DNA of 64,000 nucleotides. It comes from Dipteris shenzhenensis. Its lineage: Eukaryota. Of the stretch, positions 12,420-25,548 are shown in pieces (position 1 is the stretch's first letter; each line of letters opens with the position of its first letter). The stretch is from NCBI GenBank assembly GCA_047967505.1, contig CM106538.1. The stretch is one strand, 5' to 3'. Position numbers and translations under genes: made by a program. The notes under the pieces are model-generated. The model worked only from the letters and a program-made list of their open reading frames with translations, was not told the DNA's origin and did no database searches.

Positions 12420-13500
12420 GGCCAGGAAGATAATGGACGCCACAACTCCTCCATGATGTCAAGAAAGTAGAGATGTCTGCAGTAAATTAGCTTTGAAAGG
12501 TGAGATGGCATCCTAATTATTCCCACTTAGGAGCATGTCATCAACATAGAAAGGAGCACAAGTAGAACACCATGATCCTCTTTAACATAGTGGGTGCTCT
12601 CAGTTGGACTGTTTCTAAATTTTTGGCTGACCTAGGCATGTATCTTTTCATACCAAGCTCATGTATCTTTTCATACCAAGCTTTGGGAGCTTGTTTGAGA
12701 CCATAAAGCGCTTTTCTCAGCTTACACACCTTGGTTTTCAGACGAGACAAATAAGCTGATTCACAAAAACTTCTTCCTACAAATCCCCATTTAAGAAGGC
12801 TGTTTTTATATCAAACTGATGCACATTCCATCTGTGCTGGGCAGCCAATGCAGATACACATCTGATGGTGGACAGCCGAAAGAAGGAGCAGAAGTCTCTA
12901 CAAAATGTATGCCCTTCTATTGAGCATAGCCTTTAGCCACACGTCTGGCCTTCTACTTGTCATTGGTACCATCAGACTTTCCCTTGAGTTTGTATACCGC
13001 CAATGGGCTCCTTGCAATGTGGCAGATCCACTAGATCCCATGTGCCATTTTTATAAAATTGCATTCATTTCCAATTGCATGGCTTCTTGCCAATGTTCAT
13101 CTTCTCGAGTTTCTTCAAATGAAACTGGTCCATTTGTACATAGATAGTGCTCATACAGGCCACTGCTGCATGGTCTCTAGCATTTCTTGCACCATCCCAT
13201 GTTCTATTGGGTAGACGAGCTGAGAATATGGAACTGTTCTAGCTTGTGCATGGCTGCTCTCTCTTCATGTACTGCTTCCTCCACTTCATGGCTACTATGG
13301 GAGTAGACCTTCAAACATATCTTGTGGGTTACTTGTTATCTGTGTACTGAATTAGCAAGTGGCCGAGGCGAATTCTCTACCAAAAAAACATCTATGCTGT
13401 CAAAGATCCTCTGCTTACATGGATCAAAGAGACGGCACCCCTTACTGCCACTATTGTAACCCCAAATATGCATTTGATAGTCTTGTCATCTAATTTGCCA
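12420..13500 (-). mobile_element. Degenerate Ty1/copia pol fragment (integrase C-terminus to RT)
   Basis: Copia motifs GKLDDKTIKCIF, WQEAMQLEM, QFDIKTAFLNGDL and KLRKALYGLKQAPKAWY, with stops and frameshifts. Confidence 0.85.
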
Positions 13501-15400
13501 AGGCTAAAATAATCCTGAGATAGTCAACCTGGTCAAAATAAAATATTTTCTCTCTACTTCTAGAAATAAATATAACTTTGTGACATCCCCTCGTCTTTAT
13601 TTAGTTGTCCCCAATTGAAAGGCTTCTTTACACATTTGCAGGACCTGTGGGTATTCTAAGAAATAATCTTCATCTAGTGCCGAATAAATCTTAGACTTAA
13701 CAAGATACCTGCGAAAAACTTTGCCTTTGGGACCTCTCTTTTTCGTGTGATAGACAATCCGCTTTAGTCGAGGCATCTCCTCAAACTCATCCACCTCTAG
13801 TGGTTCTTCTAGAATCAGTTCAGTTGGCTCAAGCCCTTTGTACTTTTTCAAAAGACTCACATGGAATGCATCATGAATCTTCCGATGCTCGGGTAGATCA
13901 AGCCTATAAGCTACCTCCTTTATCTCCCTTGTGATCTGAAACTTTCCATAATACCTGGTGAATAGCTTTGGATACACATATTCCTTACCCTTCATCTTTC
14001 GGTGCCTAGTCCTTTCAAACTTGAGGAGCACCCAGTCACCAATCTGAAGGTCTAGCTGCCGCCGATGTTTATCTACAACTTTCTTACTTGAGATCTTGCA
14101 ATTGCTTTCTTGACCTGTTCAAGGGCTATTTCCAGATCTCACACATATTGATCAGCAGCAAAAATTTCATCTTTTGTCCTTAGGATGGGTGGAAGAATTA
14201 CCTTACCATAGACTACTACGAAATGTGCCTTTCCTGTGGAGTTGTGGATGGTGTCGTCATTTGCAAACTCCACCAGAGGAAGATATCTTTCCCACTCAGC
14301 CCTCTGGTCAGGCACATAACATTTCAGCAAACCCGAACAATGGAATTAGCTATTTCACTTTGCCAATCAAATTGGGAATGAAATGAAGAAGAAAGTCAAG
14401 CTTGGTTCCCTTATTATCAAATAAAGCTCTCCAGAAAAGACTCATCATTCTGGGATCTCAATCACTGACTATGGACTTAGGCATATTGTGCCAAAAACAG
14501 TTTAGCCATATGATCAGCCTCAATGGTCTTCCGTACAAGTATGAAATGAGCTTGCTTACCGAATTCATCAATGATCATTCAAATTCTATCATTACCCTGT
14601 CTCGACCTCAAAAGATAAAAAATCAAAACCATGGCTATGTTCTCTCAAGGTGTGTGAGGCACAGGAAGAGGAGGTGTCTTATGCCAGTCATATTTCACCT
14701 TTTGATCACCTTTTGACAAACAAGGCATTCGGAAACAAATTGATGAATATCTTTGTGCATACCTGGCCAGAAGAAATACCTCTCTAGACCCTGTGTAGTG
14801 GAAGTGATCCCTCTATGACCTAGGTGCATAAGGTGGCACATGACACTTTTTCATAGTTTTCAGCCTTAGATTTCTAGAAACACGCAAGCAATCATTTTTC
14901 ATAAGATAGCCATATTTCAAAGAATAATGGCAGGTTGGTTCACCCAGTTGCAATCTTTGCATAATTTTTCCAAAATTTGGATCTTGTGCATACTGTGCCT
15001 GCATCTGTTTTATGTCCTCGTGATAAGCTTTAGTAACATTATTCACCTAAGGCCTCCGAGATAGGGCATATGCCACTCTGTTCTGCACGCCTGGTGTATG
15101 AACAATTTGAAAGTGGAACATGGACAAGAAATTATATGCTTCTTGGAAAGCTTGCTCTGGGCCAAGAAATACTTAAGACAAGTGAGGCTCCCAGACAACC
15201 CCTAAGAGGAGAAGGAGATAGGCCATGCCATGATGTAGATTTTGAAAGTTGGGGAGACTGAGCCATAGAATGGGTGGGCCCTTTGGACACCCAATGCCAT
15301 TCAACACAGCAGTGCAGAGCTTCAAATATAGGCATTGAGACATAGGCAGGCCCTCTATGAGCGAGAGAAATCACTCATGAGACGGTGTTGGCTCTATAGA
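13500..15400 (-). mobile_element. Truncated Ty3/gypsy chromovirus (RNase H, integrase, chromodomain, PPT and a short 3' LTR stub)
   Basis: RYYGKFQI..IHDAFHVSLLKKY plus chromodomain at 13597-14031; WERYLPLVEFA..IHNSTGKA integrase motif; ALSRRP RNase H end near 15055. PPT at 13586-13595 adjoins TGTCAC at 13585. Confidence 0.85.
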
Positions 15401-15698
15401 AAGACTTCAGGGGTAGGAAAGCCAACGATCGATAGCAAAAACTGGATAGCAGATGGCATGCCAGTTTTCCCTAACCATGGGCCCTAGATCAGCAGGGACC
15501 CACAGTAGGACCCACCTCTAACAGTCAAGAGATGAGGATCCACTCTGCAGGAGGTTTTGGTTTCCTTTATAGATAGCTTTTCCACTTAGAAGTGACCACC
15601 CCATTAAAAATCAATTGCTCAATGAGCATGGATTTTCTTGATCATAAATGAAGAAAGATATGACTCCATTCTTCTGGTCATCAACCTCTAAACCAACA

Positions 15699-17629
15699 TG
15701 CAATCTCCCTGCTGTTTTTTTTCTGCTACCTTCCTTTACTCTCTCTCTCTCTCTCTTTCTTTAGCTCTCTCTTTCACTCTCTCACTCTACACAGTACTAG
15801 GGCCCAAGACAACAGTCCAGCTGGACCCCCCCGAAGAATTTTATTACTTGAGAGAAGAAGGAATACATAGTTCAGCGTAGAGCTGTGTCTTACAAATTCA
15901 AACGTGAATTCATTTTACAAGAGCTTCAAGCTCATTCCAAAATGGCAACATGCCACTCGTCTAAAAACTAGACTAAGCCCTATTACATGCCTCTAAGGGC
16001 AATTTCTGAGATCTTCATAGCACTTGGTCACGCGGGTGGCCTCCGAAAATACTTGCTACGCTCCAAATTGCTTGGGTCTTTAGCCCCTCATAGTTACCTA
16101 CAACAATTAATTAAAGCGCACCACCATGGCACCCATTAATTGTTAGCGCTTTGCATGCAAATAAGAAACTGTGGACTAATCCTAATCACAGGTGGGCGTC
16201 CCCACTGAACAAACATGTGAACAAAACATAGAACACAATTCTTGGTCGACCGAAGTCAACCCTCTTGGTCGTAATTAAGGAGCTTTGACCAATGGTGGTG
16301 GTGTTAAGCCAGGCAATCTCCAATTCTCCAGGACAAGATAAACAGGTACAAACACCACTGGTGCCTCTCCAAATCCTGTCAAAGAAACCCCGAATCGGAG
16401 GCAAAAACCACAACCAAAGAAATGTCAAAAGCCCCGGTTCAGAGGATAAACCAAATAAAAAAATTATTTAAAAAAATGTTTTTTTTCTGGTCTGACCAGA
16501 TCTGGCCGACCAGATTGACCTGGTCGGTCAAATCTGGCCAGGTCGGTCAACCTGTTGGTTGACCGACTTAAAGCTCCTTCCTATTTGAAGGGGGGGGGGC
16601 TAGGTATTCAAATATAATCTCTCTTCCAGCTCCAGAGGTTCCTGCACACCCTGAGCCACTTCTGCCTCCTGGCTGCCTCCTCTGCTGCCTCAACTTCTGC
16701 CTCCTCTGCTGTCCTCTTTTCTGCTCCAGATATGCCCTCTTTTCTGCCCCAGATCTGCCCCTCCTTTCTGCTCAGATCTGTCCTCCTTTCTGCTCCAGAT
16801 CTGTCCCCTTTTTCAGCTCCAGATCTGCCCTCTTTTCTGCTCCAGAACAGCCTTCCTTTCTGCTTCAGTTCTGCTCTCCTTTCTGCATCAGATCAGCTCC
16901 AATTTCTGCTCCAGATCTGCCTTCTTTTAGCTTCAGATTTGTCACAACTTCTGCTCCAAGATCTGCCCTCAACTTCTGCTCCAGATCTACCTCCAACTTC
17001 CGCTCCAGATTCTGTTCTTTCTATTCCAAATCTGCAGCAACCCCTGCATCAGTTTGCTGTCTCAGATTTGGTTCAGTTCCAACTTGTGGAGCTAGTGCAG
17101 AAGTCCACTACAGTTGTCAGGACTGACGTTTGTTTCCTCCAGAGCTTCTCTCATATCTTCACTTGTACTGAGTTCCGTTTGTGATATATATATCTTCTTC
17201 AGCCATTGATTGTCTTCAGTATTGTTTTATTTGTCTCCAAGTATTTTCTTTATAGGTGGCGCCTTAATTATGGCCAAGTCTCTCCAACCAAAGCTGGAGC
17301 ATCTCTCCAACCGAAGTTGGCACAACTTGGTTAACTGAAGTTAACCCTCTTGGCGCATGCCAAGTCTCGTTGACCGAAGTCAACACTCTCTGACCGTAGT
17401 CAGCTCTGTGGTTCTCTGGTTAACCGTAGCTAACCTTCTTGGTAATAAACCAAGTCTCCCCGACCGAAGTCAGTCTTACTTGACCAGAGTCAAGTATCTT
17501 TGACCGTAGGAATTCTTTGACCATTAAAAGAACTCTTTGACCATAATTAACACATATGAAAACTCTTTAATTATGATCAGATAAATGGTCAACTGTACTT
17601 TGACTAAGGATATTTACATTGTGGTGACA
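15699..17629 (-). mobile_element. Solo LTR (about 1.93 kb) with 5-bp TSD CAACA
   Basis: TG at 15699 and CA at 17629. CAACA at 15694-15698 and 17630-17634. Contains degenerate tandem arrays (TTCTGCTCCAGATCTGCCC at about 16640-17060; GACCGAAGTCAAC at about 17280-17540). Orientation is inferred from the TGTCAC terminus and a minus-strand AATAAA. Confidence 0.7.
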
Positions 17630-19351
17630 CAACATGCAAATGGTTGGTGTTCTATCAGTGGCAAACTAGATTGTGAATTTTGGCTACTTGGATTACCAAG
17701 ATTCATGGTCTTCAACAAAGATATGAGATGTATGAAATTTGGACTACGATATTTGGTCAAAAAAGAGTTGACCTCATAATGAGAAGTGGGAATAATCTTA
17801 AAAAATGGATGATCAAATGGAAACCAAACCCTCAAATGCATGGTTACCGTTGTTGAAGTTGGCCTATGATGGAAAAAATAGTCATCCACAAAAAAAGACT
17901 CCATTTTAGCTAAACTACAATGGATATACTCCACAAAGTTGTGTAGCATTAGATTGCATATTCGAGATCCATGTTGTTTTAGCATAGCAAGATCTATAAT
18001 CCACAAGTCCATGGAGAGGTATGTGGCTAAGAGATTATCTTTTGGGGAATTTCAGAAAGGATCCTCATAGCAGAGTCATTGATCATAGGCCAAATGTGCT
18101 AAGTTGTCACCCTAATATTGTGAGCCCTAACGAATTGTCAAGAAGGTAGGCAAGACAGTCAATATATTGGAATTATCATAGGGTTGCAAGGGTTCATCAA
18201 TATGTCATGTTTCTCGATTACAATGGCCTTACAACTAAGTAATTCACTTATTGAAGGGAGTTTCATACACCTGGATCTATTTAGAGAAATTTTTAGAGAT
18301 AACATAGAGTCGTTTATTGTAAACTGACAGAGTACATAATTATGAATATGGTGCGGAGTGTGTCCGTAAATTTATACTCACAATGTCCTGGGTTATAATG
18401 TTGACCCAATGATCAAAGATTGTTTCTGATAGTCCTTGATGCCAGATGTAAGAGGAGTGAGTGTCCACAAGTTTAAATAACATGGATCCATAAGGACTAA
18501 GGAATTGAGCCTAAGGCGTGCGTCACGAGAGGTATGGTGACCTTGTAGGAGCCATGGATGCCAAGTGGTATGAAGTCTATAGAGTACACTTCGTGAGGCA
18601 CGTGACATCTTTAACTCCCTCATGTTCGCGATTGACAATGTATCTCAGATTCCTCATAAGGTGGGAGAAATGTCAGAAATAGCCAGATCTCATGCACCCA
18701 TTAGTTCGATCAACAATTTTCTTAACTAGCAGTTACATCAGATATAAAAGCCAGATAATGCCCACAAAAATAGTGATAAAACCAGTGGATCCACACTGCA
18801 TTTTGATTAGCACAGGTCCCAATCTTCCAAGAACATCTCAGGTCACAATAACTTAAGCCAGTTCAAACAATAGACTTTTGATAGAGACTCTGCAATACCC
18901 AGTACACAAGTAGAAAGCAATCCAAACCACTGCATACTCACCGAGAAGCTTGCTTGTTCTGAATTGTAATATTGTGTACAGACAATGCCAATTCTCATGA
19001 GTCAAACGGGGACTATGTTTTTGTCCTCAACAACACACATTAATTTCGGGAACACACGTGTGCAAATGTACGCGCACACCCAAAAACTTTAAAAGTATGT
19101 TACGAAAGATATTAGTTAACTTACCTTACCAATTAAATAACTACGCTAACAAAGTCCAAGATGTTAGAGTTTAATCCCTGGCAACATTTAATTTGTGGAA
19201 ATTAAAACCAATTAATGCGATGAACAACTGCTCTCATGACGTTATGAAACTGATTTTTTAAGAATCTGGACGTATGGCACACATAAGTGAACACAAACAT
19301 TCAAATTACTAGGTGCACACATGTGCATAGGGGCATTAGTAACAGGAATAC

Positions 19352-19748
19352 CATGCAAATGACAGCTCTAAAACGCCAAAGCATATTGCATCTCTCCATC
19401 CAGTACAGACACCACATGCCACAACAACTGTCCGATGATCCACCAAAGCTAGAATTCGCACAAGCAACTCCATTGGCAGGTCTTGCCACTTGGACTCCAC
19501 ATTGTTGCTGCTGCTTAGATCTTCATTGAAGGTGCAGTCAAAGATATCTTTTTGAGGATTCGATTTCCATTCGTATTTCAAAGTCCCCGATGTTGAATCT
19601 ATTTCACTTGCCATTGCCACCCAAAACAAATTAGAAGCTTCCGATGAGTCTTGAGATCTACTTCTGGATTTTACTTTATCTTTCGTACATTGAGACACTC
19701 CTAACAAGTCATCGCCAAAGTCGGCCCCAGAGAGCTCCTCCAATTGAC
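19352..19748 (-). CDS. SKP2: SKP2-like gene, exon 2 carrying the F-box domain
   Basis: Encodes the SKP2-type F-box WQDLPMELLVRILALVDHRTVVVACGVCTGWRDAICFGVLELSFAW. tgcAG acceptor at 19750-19749 and GTattc donor at 19351, phase 2, matching exon 3 across a 12,249-bp intron. Confidence 0.9.
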
Positions 19749-20346
19749 CTGCATGCATGGAAAGAGGTTATAAGCAAGTAACAAGCAAAGTAAATAAAAA
19801 TGCACTATGGTGATACACGAATAACAAAAAACTGTGAGGGGACAAAACATCTAGAATTCCTCTTCTCAGATTCAAGTAAAGGCAACCTACCCAAGCTTCA
19901 CATAATACTCCAAACTCAACAAGCCCAAGAATTTAAAAACAATATAATGGATGAATCACATCCATCCTTAGGAAAAATAAGTGCAAGTACACGAATACAA
20001 GAAATTTCAAGCAATGGATTCCCTTGATGTCTATATCCTGTGAACTAAGATCCCAGCCTCAATAAGCTGGTCCATCACTCGCTCTTCATTTCTTCATTGT
20101 ACTATTTAAGGCTCTCCTTTCAATAATATACAAGAGACTAAATGAAAATATTTAGCCATGAGCAAAGCAAACTCAACTAAAAATTGACTCCATTTTGTCA
20201 AGCTATCATGTCATGGTTATCCTTTCAACAAGATTGCTTAGACTTTGGCACTCGGATGATATCCCTCCAAAAGATTATCTTTTATCCCAACTTTGTGCCA
20301 CAATTTGACACACAAATCCTCTGTCTCTCTTATATCTTACTGCATG

Positions 20347-22190
20347 TGTAAACTACTCGGTGCTTTCTATCAATTCAAACAACGGATTTTGCAGAGGCAT
20401 TTGAATGAGATGATTGCGAGTTGCCAAACACATATACTTGAACTTAAGAGTTTGCAATTAAGCTGGAATTAAGACTTATACAGCTTAAACACAAAGTGAC
20501 ATCATTGGAGAATGCAATATGATTGAGGGGCCAAGACGGGCCCCCCCCCTTATCCAGGCTCACTTTATTCTTGAAAATGGAGATACAAGACCAAGGTGCA
20601 ATGCACCTTCCAAACTAATGAACCCAGTGAAAACCTAGGACCTAGATACAAGACTCAGGAGCATATGTACAAGGTAGACAACAAAAAGGAGGACTCCAAG
20701 CTCAGGTTTCAGCTCTTGGCTTGCCCAATCCACAAGGAAGAAGCCTGCAACAATCACCACTTACATCCAACATTAGAGATAAACACTAGTTTCTAGAAAG
20801 ATAGTAGAAACAACATGAAATAGTGCTGTAAATGAGATAAACTTGACAATACAGGCTCCCTTCGTGACTTGGCCCTTTTGTAGATGAAGTCCTTGATGCC
20901 TCTGAAGCTACCTTGGGTGAGGAGAGTGTGGAAATGGGGCTGGAATGAGAACAGCTTAGAAAAACAGCCTGTAGGCTAGAGAGAGAAAGCTTTTATGGAG
21001 TGATAGCTGTAGAGAGAGTGTGCCTATGCTGATCCCAAGGGAGGAGATGTAAGAGAGGAGCTGCTGCTGTTCCAGAGGTGCACAGAAAGGCAGATTTCTG
21101 CAAGGGAAATGGGCTGGAACAGTAGAGAGAGAAATTCTGCAGTAGAGAGAGAAAGACTGCAGCAGGAGAGAGAAAGGGGCTGTGGCTGCTCCAGGCTAGG
21201 TGAAGGAGAGAGGATGCTGCTGCTGTTCCAGAAGAGCTGAGAGGGGGCAGATTTCTGGAGAGGAGGGGCTGGAACTGTAGAGAGAGAATGTGCTGTTGTA
21301 GAGAGAGAAAGTGCTGCTGAGGTGAGAGAATGGCTTGGGGAGAAGCTGGCTGCACCCAAGGAGCTGGAGAGGTTCTGCTGCATCATCTAAAAGGAGGGAG
21401 AAGAAAAGTGACGAAATTTTCATGTGTGGAATGAAGGGGAGAGGCCTTCTTTTATAGGCTCAGCCCCCCTCCTAGGCCTAGAGTGGAAGGTGGACACTTG
21501 TCCCAGATTTTTTTGGTGGGCTGCAGTCCCAAAGAGGACAGCCCACAACCTGCCCCAAATCTACCAGATTTGGGGCCAAACACTTGGCCTGCATGCCCTG
21601 CCACTTGCCATGCATGCTGCCACATGTGTGGGACAGGTGGACTGACCTGCCAGCTCAGATTCCAAGTGGCAGTCTGCCACGTGTCAGCTGCCACGTCACT
21701 CCCAAAAACCCTAAAATTTCAAAGTTGTCAGAATTTAATTCTGATCGCACACACGGGTTCCTAACAGCTTAGACTATCTATTGACGTACTCTAAGGTCAT
21801 AATTGAGCCATACTGAGCTCATTTGTTTGTCGTCTTATCTTGTATCTCCATTACTCTTGGCATGCTGCCAGGCCCACACCCAAAGCTCAGGGAACATTCT
21901 CTTGAATGGTTCCTAGGTCGGTATGCAATCTGTGCATTTGATTGGTCCCATGTTTGGGTACTCAGGTGGGGTGTGGTTTCTAGATGTCCCTCTCAAAGAG
22001 AGGCCATCACTCTTGTGGATCACTAATGCCCATAACCCCAAGCAAGGGGGTCCACCCTCAAATGCTAGACCTAGTCCCCATTGTCCGTAACTGAACAGAA
22101 GGAAAACATTTCATTTCTTAATAAGCATACTATTGAAAAACAAAAAGAAATAGTACCAAGCAAGTGGATACATGTTGAAGCAGGATGACA
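20347..22190 (-). repeat. 3' LTR (1844 bp)
   Basis: Nearly identical to 25549-27383 and adjacent to the PPT. TATA GCCTATAAAA at about 21451-21460. CACGTG/ACGTG boxes at about 21676-21700. Confidence 0.97.
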
Positions 22191-22203
22191 TTCCCTCCGT
22201 CTT

Positions 22204-23762
22204 TCATTCGGTTGTCCGCAACTGAAATGCTTCCTCATAAGCATCCAGGATTTCAGGACACTCCTGAAATGTAGCTCTGTCCACCCATTGGGCATCGGTG
22301 GATGGGAGCCCTCTGAACTTCCAAAGGTACATTTTGCGAGTCGTGCCTCGACGTCCCGTAGTGAAGTTATGCAAAATAATTTGCTCTGGGATCAACAAGA
22401 TCTCAGTGTCCTCTACTTCAGGTGCATCGTCCAGTGTGGGCTCTTGAGGTGGTTCCCCAATGAAGGGTTTCACCAAGCTTACGTGGAAGACATTGTGGAT
22501 CTTCCAATGCTCTGGAAGTCTCAATCGGACCGAGACATCATTTATTACCTGCAACACCTGAAAAGGACCATAATATCGAAAGGATAGCTTGAAGTAGATG
22601 CGCTTTTTGCCCACTTTGGTTTTTAACCGGGCTTTCTCAAATTTCAATAAGACCCATTGGCCTTCTTTCACTGCAAACGCCCTCCGTCTTTTATTTGCAG
22701 CTGCTCTTTGTTTCTCCTGTGCCTTTTGAATGGCTGCTCGAACCGTGGCATAAGCAGAGTCATAATCCTTGCATGACCATCCTGGGTAAGAGAAGCCCCA
22801 AGGCAATCGCCACTGGCATCAGCTGCTACTAGGAATGGTTTCCTTAAGTCAGGAATGATAAGTACAGGAGCTGTAGTCAGGGCATGCTTTAGAGCATTAA
22901 AAGAGTCCTTTTCTTTTTGGGTCCATCTGAACTTTAGATTTTTCTTAGTGAGATCATGTAGAGGAGCTGCAAGTTCAGCAAAATGCCAAATAAACCTTCG
23001 GTAATATGAGCATAGGCCTAGAAAAGACCTTACCTCATGGGCATTCTTCAAGTCAGGCCACTCTACAATTGTCTGTATCTTGGCTAGGTCCATACGGACA
23101 CCTTCTCGTGAGATAATGTGACCAAGATAGTGAATCTTAGGAAGAAAGAACTCACTTTTCTTCTCATTGATGTAAAGAGCATTTTCAGCTAAAATTTGAA
23201 ATACAATCTTTAGATGTTCCTTATGCTCTTCCTCATTCTTGCTAAAAATGAGGATGTCATCAAAGAAGACGGCAGTGAACTGTCTATAGTTCCTGAACAA
23301 CCGTTCCATCAGTCGATTGAACGTGGCTGGGGCATTAGTAAGGCCAAATGGCATTACCATATATTCATACAGCCCAAATGTGGTTCGGAAGGCTGTTTTA
23401 TGAATGTCCTTGGTACAACTCATACCTGATGGTAGCCACTCTTAAGATCTATGCGGCTGAAAATTTCAAATCCTCCTAAACGATCAAAGATATCGTCTAT
23501 ACGAGGAATTGGGAAACGATTCTTAACCGTCTGTTTGTTTAAGGCTCTATAGTCTATGCACATCCTGAAGGTTTTATCCTTCTTTTGGACTAGTAAGACA
23601 GGAGAGCAAAAAGAAGAACTACTGGGTTGGATCAATCCCTTGTCCAAGAGTTCTTGGACTTGCTTGAAGATTTCATCTTGTTGAGATTGACTAACTCTAT
23701 ATGGGGGTCTATTTGGAGGTGAAGACCCTGGAACTATGTCAATTTTGTGATCCTCTGGTCTC
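22204..23762 (-). pseudogene. pol: Disrupted pol: RT, start of RNase H, then integrase C-terminus and chromodomain
   Basis: RT motifs [18 protein letters not shown] and FFDDILI. Frameshift at about 23763; stop plus frameshift at about 23420. At about 22770 the RNase H motif ADASGDCLGASLTQDGH is fused to the late integrase. Confidence 0.9.
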
Positions 23763-25484
23763 TCAGAGGTGACTAGGAAGTTCTTGAGAGAAGCAATTAG
23801 AGAATTCCTCAAGGAAATCTAATCTTTCTTTTGTGAGAGGATCTGACTTTTCTTCACTTGGTTGCTTATCGCGTACAAACACTAGAAAAGAACATACTCC
23901 TTTCTTAAGCAAATTGGGAGATCGTGCATGACTTACCATAGGAATGGTGTTTCCTGAAACTCCCGCTGTAATGCTCACATCTCTACCCTTATGTTGGAGG
24001 GTTAGAATATTCTTCACATAATCGATTCGGGGGTTGACTTGCTTATGCCAGGGCATGCCAAGAATTACATCTGATCCTTGAAGTGGTGCCACCATGAAGG
24101 GTAGATGATCCAAGTACCCCTGGATGTGTACCCGAAGCTTGCCGATGATGGGGTACACCTTCTCTTCTTGGTTCTTGAAGGCTGCAGTTGCCTCCAAGGC
24201 TTCTCCTTTATCCTCTGGGGCTATCCCCAAGTTCTGTGCCATCTCATGAGAAATAAAGTTGTGAGTAGCTCCACTATCGAACAAAAACAAAGCGGATTGA
24301 TCCTTTACCTGACCCCATGTTTTCAACAAACTATGGGTGTCATTTACAGCTCCCTTTTCCGGAGATGCTTCCACCTTGTTGACTACCAAAACTGGCTTTT
24401 TGAGGGCTGCTTCTTTGTTGCTGTTATTTTTGGCAGCTTGAGGGCATTCGTAGAAGTTGTGGCCTCGATCGCCACACTTGAAACACCGCCCTTCAGAGTA
24501 ATACTTTTGCTTCTGTTGTGGAGACAATGAGCTGAAAGTGCGGGCTGCTTTCTTCGAAGGAGGCTGGCTGGCTGACTTTTGCTCTTTTGGTGCATCCTTT
24601 GCTGTCTCCTTACCCTTTTGTTCCTTGGAAGAGGTTCCCTGGGACTTACGCTTGTTGTTGCTGCCATTCCGCTTGTTGGAGAAAGATTGTTTCTTCTCCA
24701 CCTTCAAGGCGATGTTGATGGTGTCTTCGAGAGAAGTAGGAGTGGCAATGTCCACCTCATGCTGAACGATATACCGTAGGCCAGCAAAGAACTTCCTTTG
24801 CTGCTCTTTTTTATCCTTCCTACTGAATGCTTGAACTTTTAACAAAGTATCCCAAAAACGATCAACATACTCACTGACTTTCTCTTCTTGGCGTTGGCGG
24901 AGGATGTCCCACTGCACCATTGTATCTCTCTTAAACTCCTTAGGCAGGAAGTGCCTCATCAAGTTCTTCTTGAAGTGCTTCCAGGTGTGGGCTTGCTGTC
25001 CAGTGTTGACCATAGCTGCCCACCAGAGTGAAGCACGGTCTTGCATGTGCAGGACGGCAAACCGGATCTTCGCCTTGTCTTCGTACTCGTCCCCATCAAA
25101 GAAATACTCGAGGTCTCGGATCCAGGCCAGCAAGACCTCGGGCTTGTCCTCTCCCTTGTACTTGGTAAACTTGAAGAGCTTATCTCCAAGAGGTACCTTA
25201 TGCTTTGCATACCTTCGTCTCCGTGGACGTCTCGAAGGAGATGGACTCCGATGACGCCGTCTATCTCGAGGAGGGAAAGAAGAGGATGATCTTCCCTCCT
25301 TGTTGGAATTGGTGTTGTCCGCACGGCCTCTTCCTTGGGATTGGGGCCCTATGTCATGAGTTCCTGCTTGGCTGCTTTCCAGCACTTGAACCTGTTGAGC
25401 AATGTTTGCCAAGACAACACTCAACTCATGCAGGTTAGGAGGAGGGTCAGGTCCATTGGCTGCCATGATGACAAGATAACTCAA
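23763..25484 (-). CDS. gag: Retrotransposon Gag plus aspartic protease (uninterrupted 573-aa ORF)
   Basis: Retrotrans_gag-like core ([18 protein letters not shown]), CCHC knuckle [14 protein letters not shown], protease motif LFDSGAT. Confidence 0.9.
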   Translation of the reverse strand: MSYLVIMAANGPDPPPNLHELSVVLANIAQQVQVLESSQAGTHDIGPQSQGRGRADNTNSNKEGRSSSSFPPRDRRRHRSPSPSRRPRRRRYAKHKVPLGDKLFKFTKYKGEDKPEVLLAWIRDLEYFFDGDEYEDKAKIRFAVLHMQDRASLWWAAMVNTGQQAHTWKHFKKNLMRHFLPKEFKRDTMVQWDILRQRQEEKVSEYVDRFWDTLLKVQAFSRKDKKEQQRKFFAGLRYIVQHEVDIATPTSLEDTINIALKVEKKQSFSNKRNGSNNKRKSQGTSSKEQKGKETAKDAPKEQKSASQPPSKKAARTFSSLSPQQKQKYYSEGRCFKCGDRGHNFYECPQAAKNNSNKEAALKKPVLVVNKVEASPEKGAVNDTHSLLKTWGQVKDQSALFLFDSGATHNFISHEMAQNLGIAPEDKGEALEATAAFKNQEEKVYPIIGKLRVHIQGYLDHLPFMVAPLQGSDVILGMPWHKQVNPRIDYVKNILTLQHKGRDVSITAGVSGNTIPMVSHARSPNLLKKGVCSFLVFVRDKQPSEEKSDPLTKERLDFLEEFSNCFSQELPSHL

Positions 25485-25548
25485 TGAAGGAGAGACTCAA
25501 CAAGAGAAAGCACAGAGTACAGGACCACTGCCTAAGCTCTGATACCAA

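Noticed and set aside
16732-17184. 150-aa SAPDL-repeat ORF
   Set aside because: It is a translation of a degenerate tandem array inside the solo LTR.
19749-19758. ATG at 19758 (MHAG) as the SKP2 start codon
   Set aside because: It overlaps a good pyrimidine-rich tgcAG acceptor, and a phase-compatible upstream exon exists. It is not fully excluded.
20993-21772. Ser/Leu-rich ORFs of 60-120 aa duplicated at 26186-26965
   Set aside because: They lie within the two LTRs. The duplication reflects LTR identity and low-complexity CT/CAG repeats, not coding conservation.
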